Assembly: GCF_001194135.2 (NCBI RefSeq)
Contig: NC_068990.1
Location: 39,549,376-39,613,375 of the forward strand
Direction of reading: 5' to 3'
Origin: Octopus bimaculoides
Lineage: Eukaryota
DNA: 64,000 nucleotides
Below the pieces are notes generated by a model. That model was not told where the DNA came from, made no database searches, and saw only the letters and a program-made list of their open reading frames with translations. Position 1 is the stretch's first letter. Each line of letters opens with the position of its first letter. Positions 63,943-64,000 of this stretch are shown piece after piece. A program made the position numbers and the translations under genes.

Positions 63943-64000
<58 letters not shown>

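Overview
AT-rich, microsatellite-dense eukaryotic DNA. The repeat families and the decayed C2H2 zinc-finger array point to an octopus genome; this is my inference, not verified. Ten N-gaps lie next to (TA)n/(TG)n or similar short-period tracts, as expected for a short-read assembly. No intact protein-coding gene is recognisable, and nearly all ORFs in the supplied track are microsatellite or gap artefacts. The window reads as intron or intergenic DNA packed with decayed mobile elements: two tRNA-derived SINE families (called SINE-A and SINE-B here), R4/Dong-like, RTE-like and CR1/L2-like LINE fragments, two Penelope-like elements, three Tc1/mariner groups (DD36E, DD37D maT, DD34D mariner), hAT MITEs, a Helitron helicase remnant and several minisatellites. 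The most notable observations are a type I hammerhead-ribozyme-like fold at about 27.0 kb, a 3' hairpin shared by SINE-B and a CR1/L2-like LINE with compensatory stem changes, two long foldback elements, a DD36E transposase and a C2H2 remnant next to a Helitron remnant. A few short candidate exons are offered at low confidence. Boundaries of decayed elements are approximate (tens of bp).
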